From an uncultured Acidobacteriota bacterium (lineage in GTDB: Bacteria > Acidobacteriota > Thermoanaerobaculia > UBA5066 > Gp7-AA6): a stretch of DNA of 64,000 bases. The position numbers and the translations under genes are program-made. The stretch is taken from NCBI GenBank assembly GCA_963764715.1, contig CAVXTP010000015.1, forward strand, positions 128,001 to 192,000, given 5' to 3'. Each line of letters starts with the position of its first letter. The stretch's first letter is position 1. The notes beneath the pieces are model-generated. The model did no database searches and had not been told where the DNA came from. It saw nothing but the letters and a program-made list of their open reading frames with translations. Positions 7,379 to 15,828 of this stretch are shown piece by piece.

Positions 7379-9845
7379 CGCCGAGGATGATGACGCCCTT
7401 GAGGATGAGCTGCAGGTTCGCATCGACATTGTTCAACCCCATGATGTTGTTGATGACTCCGATGATCAGCACGCCGACGAGCGTACCGCCGACCGATCCG
7501 GTTCCCCCCGAGAGGCTCGTTCCGCCGATGACGACCGCGGCGATCGCGTCGAGCTCGTACGCGATCCCGTCGTTGGGATTGCCCTGCTCGAGCTGCGCGC
7601 AGTGGACGATGCCGGCCAGCGCCGCGAGCGTCGCGGCGATCACGTACACGCCGGCCTTGTGCCAGGCCACGCGGATCCCCGACAGCCGCGCCGCCGTTTC
7701 GTTGTCGCCGATCGCGTAGAGGTAGCGCCCGGCGCTCGTGCGCGTCAGGAAGACGTGCATGCCGGCGACCGTCAGCAGGAACAGGACCGCCGGCGCCGGC
7801 ACGAAGGGCAGGAGCGTCCCGGCGATCCGGTGGACCGACTCCGGCGCGCCGCCTTGCCCGAACCCGAGCGGGATCGCCATGCCGCCGCTGACGTACCGGG
7901 CGACGCCGCGCGCCGCGCTCATCGTCGCGAGCGTCGCGATGAAGGGCTGCAGCTTCCAGCGCGCGACGACGAAGCCGTTGATCGCTCCGCAGAGCGCGCC
8001 GACGGCGAGGACGGCGAGGGCCGCCGCTCCGAGGCCGAGGCCGGCCTTCATGAAGAGCCAGGCCGTCAGCGTCGCGGCGAGCGCGAGGACCGAGCCGACG
8101 GAGAGGTCGATGCCGCCCGAGATGACGACGGCGGTCATGCCGACGGCCAGGATCCCCTTCTCCGCGACCTGCCGGAGGATGTCGGTCAGGTTGCCGATGT
8201 CGAGAAACACCGGCCGCCCGCCCCGGACCGGCGAGAAGACGACGGAGAGGAGCAGCACCGCCGCGAGCCCGAAGAGCCCGGTGTACCGTCCGAGCCGGCG
8301 CCGGCCCCGCGCCGGGGGCCCGCCGGACGGCGGACCGCCCGATTCTTCGCGCCGCTCCGTCGCGGTCGTCCCGGCCGCCGCGGCGAGGACCCGCTCCTCG
8401 GTCGCCTCGGCGTGCGGCAGCTCCGCCGTCACGCGGCCCTCGCGGAAGACGAGCACCCGGTGGCACTGCGTCAGGATCTCCGACATCTCGGAGGAGCAGA
8501 GGATGATCCCGAAGCCCTGCGCCGCGAGCCGGCGCAGGAGCGCGTAGACCTCGGCCTTCGCCGCGAGGTCGATCCCCCGCGTCGGCTCGTCGAGCAGCAG
8601 GACCGACGGCGAGGCGAAGAGGCAGCGCGCGAGAATCGCCTTCTGCTGGTTGCCGCCCGAGAGCGTCGCGATCGGGACCTCCGGCGACGCGGCGCGCACC
8701 CCCGTGTCGCGCATGAGCGCGGCGCCGGTCGCGCGCGCGCGAGGCCGGTCGATCCAGCCGAAACGCGAGATCTTCGGCAGCGATCCGACGGTCACGTTCT
8801 CCGATACCGCGAGATCCGGGAAGATCGCCTGGGACTTGCGCTCCTCGGGCAGCAGCACGACGCCGGCCTCGCGCGCTTCGGCGGGCGAGGTGGGCCGGTA
8901 CTCCGACCCGCCGACGACCACGCGGCCCGACACGGGGCGCTCGAGCGCGCCCGTCAGCGCGAGCAACAGCTCCGTGCGGCCTGCCCCGATCAGGCCCGCG
9001 AGACCCAGGATCTCGCCCCGGCGCAGCGTCAGGGAGACGTTCGACAGCCGCCGGCCGCCCGGGCGCTCGGGGTCCTCGACCGACAGGTCCTCGACCCGGA
9101 GGACCTCCGGGGCGCCGGCCTCGAGCGGCGAGAGCTCCACGCGCTCGATGTTGCGGCCCACCATGAGGCGGACCATCTCGTCCTCGCCGACGCCCTCGGC
9201 CTCGCGCGTGACGATGCGCTTCCCGTCGCGCAGCACCGTGATCCGGTTCGCGAGCCGTTGCACCTCGTCGAGCTTGTGGGAGATGTAGACGATCGCGACC
9301 CCGCGCTCGGTCAGGCGGCGGATCAGGCGCTCGAGCCGGGCGGCCTCCGACGAGGAGAGGGACGTCGTCGGCTCGTCCATGATGATGAGCCGCGCGTCGA
9401 GCGAGAGGGCGCGCGCGATCGCGACGAGCTGCCGCTGTCCGGCCTCGAGGTGCCCCACCGTCTCGTCCGGCGCGACGTGCGTTTCGCCCAGGGCCTCGAG
9501 CGCCTTCGCGGCTCCCGGCAGCAGCGAGCGCGGCCGGCCGAGGAAGATGTTCTCGGCGACCGACAGCGACGACACGAGCTGCAGCTCCTGCGGGATCACC
9601 GCGATCCCCGCCTCGATCGCCTCGCGCGGGCTCTCCATCCGCCGCGGCGCGCCGTCGACGCGGACCTCTCCCGCGTAGCCCGAGATCTCGCCGGAGAGGA
9701 TCTTGATGAGCGTCGACTTCCCGGCGCCGTTTTCGCCGATCAGCGCGTGCACCTCCCCCGGCCGCACGTCGAAGTCGACCGCGTCGAGCGCGCGAACGCC
9801 CGGGAACTCCATCGACACGCCGCGGGCTTCGACGAGGGAGGTCAT
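7350..9845 (-). CDS. Sugar ABC transporter, fused RbsA-type ATPase and RbsC-type permease
   Basis: GENGAGKST, MDEPT, LSGGNQQK, LLLDEPTRG, then GGIDLSVGS and YELDAIAAVVIGG. ATG at 9845. Confidence 0.92.
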   Translation of the reverse strand: MTSLVEARGVSMEFPGVRALDAVDFDVRPGEVHALIGENGAGKSTLIKILSGEISGYAGEVRVDGAPRRMESPREAIEAGIAVIPQELQLVSSLSVAENIFLGRPRSLLPGAAKALEALGETHVAPDETVGHLEAGQRQLVAIARALSLDARLIIMDEPTTSLSSSEAARLERLIRRLTERGVAIVYISHKLDEVQRLANRITVLRDGKRIVTREAEGVGEDEMVRLMVGRNIERVELSPLEAGAPEVLRVEDLSVEDPERPGGRRLSNVSLTLRRGEILGLAGLIGAGRTELLLALTGALERPVSGRVVVGGSEYRPTSPAEAREAGVVLLPEERKSQAIFPDLAVSENVTVGSLPKISRFGWIDRPRARATGAALMRDTGVRAASPEVPIATLSGGNQQKAILARCLFASPSVLLLDEPTRGIDLAAKAEVYALLRRLAAQGFGIILCSSEMSEILTQCHRVLVFREGRVTAELPHAEATEERVLAAAAGTTATERREESGGPPSGGPPARGRRRLGRYTGLFGLAAVLLLSVVFSPVRGGRPVFLDIGNLTDILRQVAEKGILAVGMTAVVISGGIDLSVGSVLALAATLTAWLFMKAGLGLGAAALAVLAVGALCGAINGFVVARWKLQPFIATLATMSAARGVARYVSGGMAIPLGFGQGGAPESVHRIAGTLLPFVPAPAVLFLLTVAGMHVFLTRTSAGRYLYAIGDNETAARLSGIRVAWHKAGVYVIAATLAALAGIVHCAQLEQGNPNDGIAYELDAIAAVVIGGTSLSGGTGSVGGTLVGVLIIGVINNIMGLNNVDANLQLILKGVIILGAVWLQRKKR

Positions 9846-9873
9846 GGGCAAACGGGTTCCTGAGGGCTTCCGT

Positions 9874-9997
9874 CGTAGGGGCGGGGCTTGTCCCCGCCCT
9901 GATGAGCCGTGAGGGCGGCCACGAGCCGGCCAACGAAGGCAGGCCACCGGCGGTAGGCAACGCCGAGCGCAGCTCGGCGGTAACCCGCCCCTACGAC
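9874..9997. repeat. GTAG-family REP cluster
   Basis: 9874-9900 is identical to 7189-7215; the inverted partner (9912-9996) is interrupted by nested short hairpins. Confidence 0.75.
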
Positions 9998-10017
9998 CGG
10001 GCGCGCGGAACGGACTG

Positions 10018-11649
10018 TCATCCTCGCCCCTTCAGCCGCCGCATCAGATCCGTCTTGCGCCCGAAGTGGTCGTGCAGCTCCAGCCAATCCCGGTAGAGCG
10101 CGTCGTACGCATCGGCGGCCTCGGGTCGAGGCGTCACGCGCTCGGGCCTGAGGCGCGCCATGGCGCGCGCCGCGTCGGCGAAGGACCCGTGGCCGCCGTG
10201 CGCCGGCCCCGCCGCGACGGCCCCGAGCATGGCCGCCCCCAGCGCCGAGGCGTTCGCCGCGGCCGCGAGGCCGATCGGCCGCCGCGTCACGTTGGCGTAG
10301 ATCTGGAGGAGCAGGGGGCTCCTCTCGGCGAGGCCGCCCACCGCGATGAGCTCCGTTACCGGGATCTGCTTCTCGCCGAACGCGTCGAGGATCCGGCGCG
10401 TCGAGAACGCCGTCGCCTCGATCAGCGCCCGGTAGATGTCGCCCGCCGTCGTCGCGAGCGTCATGCCGACGAGAAGGCCCGTGAGGTTGGCGTCGACCAG
10501 GACCGAGCGGTTCCCGTTCCACCAGTCGAGCGCGAGCAGGCCGTGGCCGCCGGGCGGCGCCTCGGCGGCTTCCCGCTCGAGCGCCGCGAACCCGGCGCCG
10601 GTGCCGGCGACGAGCCTGGCGAACCAGCCGAAGATGTCGCCGACGGCCGGCTGCCCCGCCTCGTACCCCGAAAAGCCCTCGACGATGCCGTCGCGCACGA
10701 CGCCGCCCACGCCCTCGACGAGGGCGTGCCGGTCCGAGAGCAGCATGTGGCAGGTCGAGGTGCCCATGACCATGACCATCCGGCCGGTCTCGACGACCGT
10801 CGCCGCGGGGACCGCGCTGTGCGCGTCGATGATCGCCGCGGCGACCGCCGTTCCCGGCGCCAGGCCGAGCCGCGCGCCCATGGCCTCCGTCAGGCCGCCG
10901 ACGCGCCGCCCGGGCGGCACGATCTCGCCCGAGAGCTTCGAGGGCAGATCGCCGAAGCGCGGGTTCAGCGCCGCGAAGAACTCCGTCGACGGAAACCCGC
11001 GCTCGCGGCTCCAGAAGCCCTTGTAGCCGGCGCCGCAGGAGTTGCGCACGCGCGCGCCCGAGAGCTCGCCGACGACCCAGTCGCCGCCCTCGACGATCGC
11101 CGCCGCGGCGTCGTAGACCTGGGGATCCTCCTCGAGGACCTGGAGGGCCTTGGCGGCGAGCCACTCCGAGGAGCTCTTCCCGCCGTAGTCGGCGAGAAAC
11201 GCCTCGCCCCGCTTCTCGGCGAGCGCGTTGATCCGGTCGGCCTGGGGCTGCGCCGCGTGGTGCTTCCAGAGCTTGACCCACGCGTGCGGACGCGACGCCC
11301 ACGTCGGGAGCAGGCACAGCGGCCGCCCCGCGGCGTCGACCGGCAGCACGGTGCAGGAGGTGAAGTCGACGCCGATCCCGACGATGGATTCCTTCGCGAC
11401 GCCCGCCGCGGCGAGCGCCCGGGGCACGGCCTTCTCGATCGAGGCGATCCAGTCGCCCGGGTGCTGCAGCGCCCAGTCGGCTCCGAGGCGGACGCCCGAG
11501 TCCGGGAGCGCCGCGTCGATCACGCCGTGGGGATACTCCACGACGGCCGAGCCGCGTTCCTTCCCGGTGCGCGTCTCGACGACGACGGCGCGCACGGACG
11601 CCGTGCCGAAGTCGAGGCCGAGCGCGCAGGGCGGCTGCGGTGCCGTCAC
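10018..11649 (-). CDS. araB: Ribulokinase (FGGY family)
   Basis: GLDFGT, IGVDFTSCT, KLWKHHAAQPQA, MGTSTCH, LDWWNGNRS. GTG start overlaps the upstream TGA. Confidence 0.9.
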   Translation of the reverse strand: MTAPQPPCALGLDFGTASVRAVVVETRTGKERGSAVVEYPHGVIDAALPDSGVRLGADWALQHPGDWIASIEKAVPRALAAAGVAKESIVGIGVDFTSCTVLPVDAAGRPLCLLPTWASRPHAWVKLWKHHAAQPQADRINALAEKRGEAFLADYGGKSSSEWLAAKALQVLEEDPQVYDAAAAIVEGGDWVVGELSGARVRNSCGAGYKGFWSRERGFPSTEFFAALNPRFGDLPSKLSGEIVPPGRRVGGLTEAMGARLGLAPGTAVAAAIIDAHSAVPAATVVETGRMVMVMGTSTCHMLLSDRHALVEGVGGVVRDGIVEGFSGYEAGQPAVGDIFGWFARLVAGTGAGFAALEREAAEAPPGGHGLLALDWWNGNRSVLVDANLTGLLVGMTLATTAGDIYRALIEATAFSTRRILDAFGEKQIPVTELIAVGGLAERSPLLLQIYANVTRRPIGLAAAANASALGAAMLGAVAAGPAHGGHGSFADAARAMARLRPERVTPRPEAADAYDALYRDWLELHDHFGRKTDLMRRLKGRG

Positions 11650-13316
11650 GCCCGGTACTTCGCCGCCTGGTGCCGGTCGAGCGTCTGCTCGGGATCGCCG
11701 CACAGGTTGACCTGCATACCGAGCGCGCGGGCCATCGAGGCCTTGCGCACGAGCGCCCGGTTTGCCGTGGCCGCGTCCGGCGCGTATGCGACCTGGATGT
11801 GGTTGGCCATGTGCTTGGCCATCATCTGGTCGCGCGTGATCCCGTAGAGGACGGCGTGCATGATCGGCCACTGCGGCGTCGTCGCGTTCCACCGCCGCTG
11901 TGTCTCGGCATCCGACAGCTTCACGACGCCGCCCCGGCCGATGTCCATGTGGAGCGCGTGGTTCTTGACGTACACCCGCGAGAAGACGATCTCGCCCGGC
12001 TTCGAGACGCCCTTGAGGGTGGACCCGCCCTTCGGAAAGTACATGGGCGGCTGGCGTTCGCCCTTCGCCCCGGCGTATCCCCCGATGAAGTGCGAGGCCG
12101 GCGCGGCGCCCGAGATCTCGAAGACCCACACGTACGCGTTCACGCCGTTCTCCTCGACCGCCGCGCCCCAACGCACGTCGTGGAGCGTCGTCGAGGGATC
12201 GATGCCGAGGTCCGTCCAGACCCGGTTCGTCAGCAGCGCGTCGACCCCGGCGCACTCGTCGACCTCGTTGAAGTGCGGCACGGCGAGTCCGGAAAAGAGC
12301 GGCTTCCCGTCGGCGCCGGCGACCGGCGGCCGGTCGGGGTTGTTCAGCAGACCCTCCGCCAGGTCCGACGCGACGCACGTGTCCTTGAGTCCCTGCTGGT
12401 ACTGGATGCCGATCGCGGCGCAGCCGAAGTCGTGCGCCATGCGGACCGCGGCGTCGTACATCTTGAGGCCTTCGAGGACCTGCCCCTCGGTCAGCTCCGT
12501 CGACTCGTCCCGGCCGAGCGCGAACTTCATCCCGCGCGAGGTCAGCCACGCGTAGTGCCGCCGCGCAGCGTCGTCCGGCACCTCGCGCATCGCCGCGTAC
12601 AGCATCGACTGCGAGAGGCGCTCCTTGAAGAGCCCCATCGCGTGCATCAGGTCGTCGGGGACGATCGCGTTGTACATCCCCATGCAGCCCTCGTCGAAGA
12701 CGCCCAGGATCGCCTGGTCGCGCCTCAGTGCCTCGCCGAGCGCGGCGCCGCGGGCCCGGTCCTCGGCGTAGTTGCCGTTGAACGTCCGGTCCTCGATTGC
12801 CTGCGCGTGGCTGGTGTCGTGCGCGATCGCGCCCTGCGACAGCCACTGGCGCAGGGCCCCGCGCGCGAAGCCGTCCTCGAAGTCCTCGCTCCAGATCGAG
12901 CTGTACGGGATCCCCGCCTTCGTCAGCGAGGCGTTGACGTTCAGCATGCCGACGAGGCCCGGCCACTCTCCGCTCCAGTTGGCGAGCGTCAGGATCGGGC
13001 CCCGGTGCCTGGTGAGGCCGGCCAGGATGTGGCTCGTGTACTCCCAGACCGCCTCGGCCACGACGAGCGGGGCTTCGGGATCGATCTTGCGGAAGATCTG
13101 GATGCCGCGGGCCTGCCCGTCGATGAAGCCGTGCTTCTTCTCGGGATCGTACGCATGGCCGCGCGTGATCCGCGCGCCGAGCTCGCCGAAGGCCTTGTCC
13201 ACGGCCTTCTCGAGGGTCTGCTGCGCCGGCCAGCATCTCTGGTTGGCCGAGATCCGCGAGTCGCCGCTCGCGACGAGGACGACCTCCTTTGCTCCGGGCT
13301 TGACGGATGTGCTCAT
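11646..13316 (-). CDS. L-fucose/D-arabinose isomerase (FucI) family protein
   Basis: GIQYQ, NEVD...LHDVRW (catalytic Glu/Asp region), TPQWP, ANHIQVAY (metal His). ATG 13316 with GGAGA RBS. Confidence 0.75.
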   Translation of the reverse strand: MSTSVKPGAKEVVLVASGDSRISANQRCWPAQQTLEKAVDKAFGELGARITRGHAYDPEKKHGFIDGQARGIQIFRKIDPEAPLVVAEAVWEYTSHILAGLTRHRGPILTLANWSGEWPGLVGMLNVNASLTKAGIPYSSIWSEDFEDGFARGALRQWLSQGAIAHDTSHAQAIEDRTFNGNYAEDRARGAALGEALRRDQAILGVFDEGCMGMYNAIVPDDLMHAMGLFKERLSQSMLYAAMREVPDDAARRHYAWLTSRGMKFALGRDESTELTEGQVLEGLKMYDAAVRMAHDFGCAAIGIQYQQGLKDTCVASDLAEGLLNNPDRPPVAGADGKPLFSGLAVPHFNEVDECAGVDALLTNRVWTDLGIDPSTTLHDVRWGAAVEENGVNAYVWVFEISGAAPASHFIGGYAGAKGERQPPMYFPKGGSTLKGVSKPGEIVFSRVYVKNHALHMDIGRGGVVKLSDAETQRRWNATTPQWPIMHAVLYGITRDQMMAKHMANHIQVAYAPDAATANRALVRKASMARALGMQVNLCGDPEQTLDRHQAAKYRA

Positions 13317-13333
13317 GGACGCGTTCTCCCCCT

Positions 13334-15163
13334 TCAGGTTTGGAGGTCGAAGTACATGTTGTACGGCATGTCGGGTCCGATCTTGTAGAACGGAAGGAAG
13401 AGCCCTTCCGGCTGTCCGGGCGCGGCGAATTCGAGTCCCGGGCGGCCGACCATCCACTCCGTCGGCCCGCCCTGGACCTTCAGCCGGGGCGTCTCGTCGC
13501 GCACGAGCACGACCGGGCCGTACGTGACGGCGACGCGCTTCGGGTGCTGCGCGTCGATCGGCGAGAGCGCCAGCCGCATCGGCAGGCGCACCGTCACACG
13601 GTCGCCCGCGCTCCAGGTCCGGCGGAGGACAGCCCACGTCCCGGGCCGCGCGTCGACCGGGTACGCCTTCCCGTTGACCGCGACCTCGACGCCCTGCGTC
13701 CAGGCCGGCACCCGGAACTTCAGGTCGAACGCGGCGCTCTTGCCGGGCCGCACCGTCAGCGTCGTCGCGTCGGCGTCCGGGAACGCCGTCTCCTGTTCGA
13801 CCGAGACGAGCGTGCCGCCCTGGTTCCACGCCGCGCGCGAGGGGACGAAGAGGTTGACGAGAAGGCCGCCCGCGTCCCGGAAGTAGACGACGTTGTGGTA
13901 GTCGGCGAGGACCTGCGGGTAGGTGCCCGAGCAGCACGGCCAGTTGCCGTCGGGGTGGTAGAACTTGCGCCCGCCCCCCATCCGGTAGTCGGAGTAGTAG
14001 AACGTCGCGCCCTTCGGCCCCATCGGGAGGGCGCCGAGCATTCCGTTGTAGAGGAGCTTCTCGATCCAGTCGCCGTAGCGCGCCTGCCCGGTGTACGCCA
14101 GCAGGTAGCGGGCGAGCTTGAACCCGCCCCAGGAGCCGCAGGTCGTCTCGAAGGAGTAGGAGGTCGTCTCGAGCCGGCGGCCGAGCTCGCCGTCCTCCGG
14201 GACGAGGTCTTCTTCGGGGCCGTATCCCCCGGTCGCGTAGCACTGCGTCTGCTGGAGCCAGTCGTACTCGTTGACGATCGCGTCGAGGTACGGCCGCTCG
14301 CCCGTCACGGCGTAGGTCATCGCGCACGACGACATCGTGTTGACGTGGCTGTAGGCGTGGTGGCCGTGTTTCTTGACGTCCGTCGGCGCCGCGCCCGAGA
14401 ACGCGTTCCAGTAGGCGTCGAACCGCCAGAGATCGCCGAACCGGCGGTACTTCTCGTCGCCGGTGACCTGGTACGCGCGGTAGAGGTTCTCCGAGAGCGT
14501 GTACCACTCGGTGTCGGAGTCGAGCTTGCGGCTGCGGTCGAGGTTCTCGATCGCCCAGTCCGTGATCTTCGAGAGGTGCGTCAGGGCGTCCCGGCGGCCG
14601 GCGTAGACCGCCATGTCGACGAGGCCGCCGACCTGCTTGTCGTAGATGTAGTGCGGCTGCCAGGGGCGGCGCGAGTAGAAGAACCAGCCGTCGGGCTCGA
14701 TCGTCGAGGCCCACTCCCCCATCAGGAAGATCGCCTTCGAGCGCATCTCGGCGTCGCCGGTCGCCTTCGACATCCGGGCCATCCCCGAGAGCCACTGGCC
14801 GAAGGTGTTGAAGGTGTCGCCGTTGGACCACCAGAAGCGCCGGTTGGGCTCGCCGCTGTACCAGCCGCCCAGGTCCTGGCCGCGCGCCCGCTGGCCCGCG
14901 CGCATGCGGAAGCCCTTGAGGATGTCGTCGTCGGGGATCGCGTAGTAGTAGGCGCGCATCGTGTCGAACTGCGCCTTCATCGGGCCGGGCAGGAGGGAGA
15001 CGCCCTCGTAGTCGAAGGCCTCGAGGAAGGTCTTCGGCCCGGCCGCCGCGGGAGACGTGGGCGACGCGACGCCGAGGGCGGAAAGCCTCGAGCCCAGCGG
15101 CGCGGCCGTCGCGCCCAGGAGCGCTTTCGTCACGAACTCCCGCCGGCTGGTCCCGTGGCTCAT
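13334..15163 (-). CDS. GH127 glycoside hydrolase (beta-L-arabinofuranosidase family), Tat-exported
   Basis: Tat motif SRREFV; YATGG, ETTC, EKLLYN, WPCCSGT, LKFRVPAW, VTYGPVVL. Confidence 0.85.
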   Translation of the reverse strand: MSHGTSRREFVTKALLGATAAPLGSRLSALGVASPTSPAAAGPKTFLEAFDYEGVSLLPGPMKAQFDTMRAYYYAIPDDDILKGFRMRAGQRARGQDLGGWYSGEPNRRFWWSNGDTFNTFGQWLSGMARMSKATGDAEMRSKAIFLMGEWASTIEPDGWFFYSRRPWQPHYIYDKQVGGLVDMAVYAGRRDALTHLSKITDWAIENLDRSRKLDSDTEWYTLSENLYRAYQVTGDEKYRRFGDLWRFDAYWNAFSGAAPTDVKKHGHHAYSHVNTMSSCAMTYAVTGERPYLDAIVNEYDWLQQTQCYATGGYGPEEDLVPEDGELGRRLETTSYSFETTCGSWGGFKLARYLLAYTGQARYGDWIEKLLYNGMLGALPMGPKGATFYYSDYRMGGGRKFYHPDGNWPCCSGTYPQVLADYHNVVYFRDAGGLLVNLFVPSRAAWNQGGTLVSVEQETAFPDADATTLTVRPGKSAAFDLKFRVPAWTQGVEVAVNGKAYPVDARPGTWAVLRRTWSAGDRVTVRLPMRLALSPIDAQHPKRVAVTYGPVVLVRDETPRLKVQGGPTEWMVGRPGLEFAAPGQPEGLFLPFYKIGPDMPYNMYFDLQT

Positions 15164-15828
15164 CGTGCCTCCCGCGTCGAGTGCCGGAATTCTACGTCGT
15201 CTGATCCGCCGATCTCCGGCCGGGTGCGGACGACGCCGATCCAGAGGATGGCGAGGAGGAGGACGAGCAGGTGGGCCGCCTCGAAGGAGTCCGAGGCGGG
15301 GTCGCCGTTTCTCGCGTGGGTCGCGATCGCGCCCACCATGACGAGCGCGAGGCCCGCCGCCGCCACCAGCCGCACGCCCGGCGCGAGCAGAGCGAACGCG
15401 CCGAGCGTCTCGAAGGCGATGACGGCGTAGAGGAACCAGACCGGGAAGCCCGAGGCCGTGAAGAAGGCCCGCATCTCGGCGTCGTGGGCGAGCTTGCCGA
15501 GCTCCGTGGCGAGGAAGGCGAGCGCGACCGAGACGCAGAGGCCGCGAATGAGAAACGGCGAGGCCGCGAAGGCGAGGCCCGCGCCGCGCGTCGCCCCGGG
15601 GGCCTTCGGCCGCGCCACCGCCCGTCCCAGGACGACCGACGCCGCGAGGGCCGCCGCGAGGACGAGGCCGAACCGGAAGATCGCCGCGCGGAAGAGCCCG
15701 GCGTAGGCGCCCCGGATCGGGACGAGCCCGAGCATCGACAGGACCGTCGCCGCGAGCACCGCCGCGCCGGCCGCGACACAGAATCCGTAGAAGACGCGCG
15801 CCAGCCGCTCGCCGCCGGCCGGGGTCAT
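15160..15828 (-). CDS. DoxX-family membrane protein
   Basis: Multi-TM; FETLGAFALL and MVGAIATH. ATGA overlaps at both ends. Confidence 0.75.
   Translation of the reverse strand: MTPAGGERLARVFYGFCVAAGAAVLAATVLSMLGLVPIRGAYAGLFRAAIFRFGLVLAAALAASVVLGRAVARPKAPGATRGAGLAFAASPFLIRGLCVSVALAFLATELGKLAHDAEMRAFFTASGFPVWFLYAVIAFETLGAFALLAPGVRLVAAAGLALVMVGAIATHARNGDPASDSFEAAHLLVLLLAILWIGVVRTRPEIGGSDDVEFRHSTREAR

Noticed and set aside
10018-14831. Apparent 1072-aa and 1061-aa proteins
   Set aside because: The N-terminal halves are off-frame readings of the upstream genes; the real starts are 11649 and 13316.
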